A stretch of DNA of 64,000 nt from a virus (taxonomy: Duplodnaviria; Heunggongvirae; Uroviricota; Caudoviricetes). Both the position numbers and the translations under genes were made by a program. Of this stretch, positions 63,854 through 64,000 are shown one piece after another; the first letter of the stretch is position 1, and each line of letters begins with the position of its first letter. The stretch is taken from IMG/VR virus record IMGVR_UViG_2565956713_000001. One strand, given 5' to 3'. The notes under the pieces were generated by a model. It ran no database searches. It was not told where the DNA came from and worked only from the letters and a program-made list of their open reading frames with translations.

Positions 63854-64000
63854 TTATTGCGCGCTTTCGGGGTTGTCGTTTACTGGCTGCCCCTTCTTGG
63901 TTTTACGGCTGCGCGTAACTGATGCGGCTGACTTAACCTTTTTCTCTTCGCGAGTGATGGCAATTTGTTTTTTTACATTTTCAATATCTGCCAGGCGATA
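63854..64000 (-). CDS. c1: C1 repressor, C-terminal 48 codons (gene continues beyond window end)
   Basis: Minus-strand frame open to the window edge, ending ...YRLADIENVKKQIAITREEKKVKSAASVTRSRKTKKGQPVNDNPESAQ*; matches my recollection of the P1 C1 C-terminus and fits the C1 operators across the window. Confidence 0.6.
   Translation of the reverse strand, partial: YRLADIENVKKQIAITREEKKVKSAASVTRSRKTKKGQPVNDNPESAQ

Overview
This 64-kb window is most of a P1-like temperate phage-plasmid (a myovirus maintained as a low-copy plasmid in Enterobacteriaceae); gene names follow my recollection of phage P1 and were not checked against any database. The window is gene-dense on both strands. In order it holds: the 5' part of a tail-fibre gene, then baseplate genes and a tape-measure gene (sit) with a lytic transglycosylase domain (1-9.5 kb, minus strand); two signal-peptide sim-like genes; an immunity-I module (C1 operator, c4-like leader, icd, ant); the kilA-repL lytic replicon; a hok/mok type I toxin missed by the ORF track; a capsid/sheath block (15-20.4 kb, minus); P1-type parS-parB-parA; an extra T5orf172/GIY-YIG-like gene; a RepA replicon with its own iteron family and an oriR-like origin; a spanin-like gene pair and a PAAR-like gene; an RdgC homolog and the bifunctional methyltransferase dmt; tRNA-Asn and tRNA-Thr embedded in an ORF-poor region of five hairpin repeat units; an SPFH lipoprotein; tRNA-Ile(CAU); ban (DnaB-like helicase); a second baseplate block (36.4-41.1 kb, minus); a 14-kb mosaic accessory region of small genes; hot; a LexA box upstream of humD; phd-doc; lpa; pacA (containing the pac site) and pacB; a second immunity-I-like module; and the 3' end of c1. 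Ten copies of the 17-bp C1-operator consensus were found. I see no CRISPR array, rRNA or transposase. The candidates for something undescribed are the structured repeat array around the tRNAs, the duplicated immunity-I module between pacB and c1, and the Sim/Sit shared motif; none is established from sequence alone.
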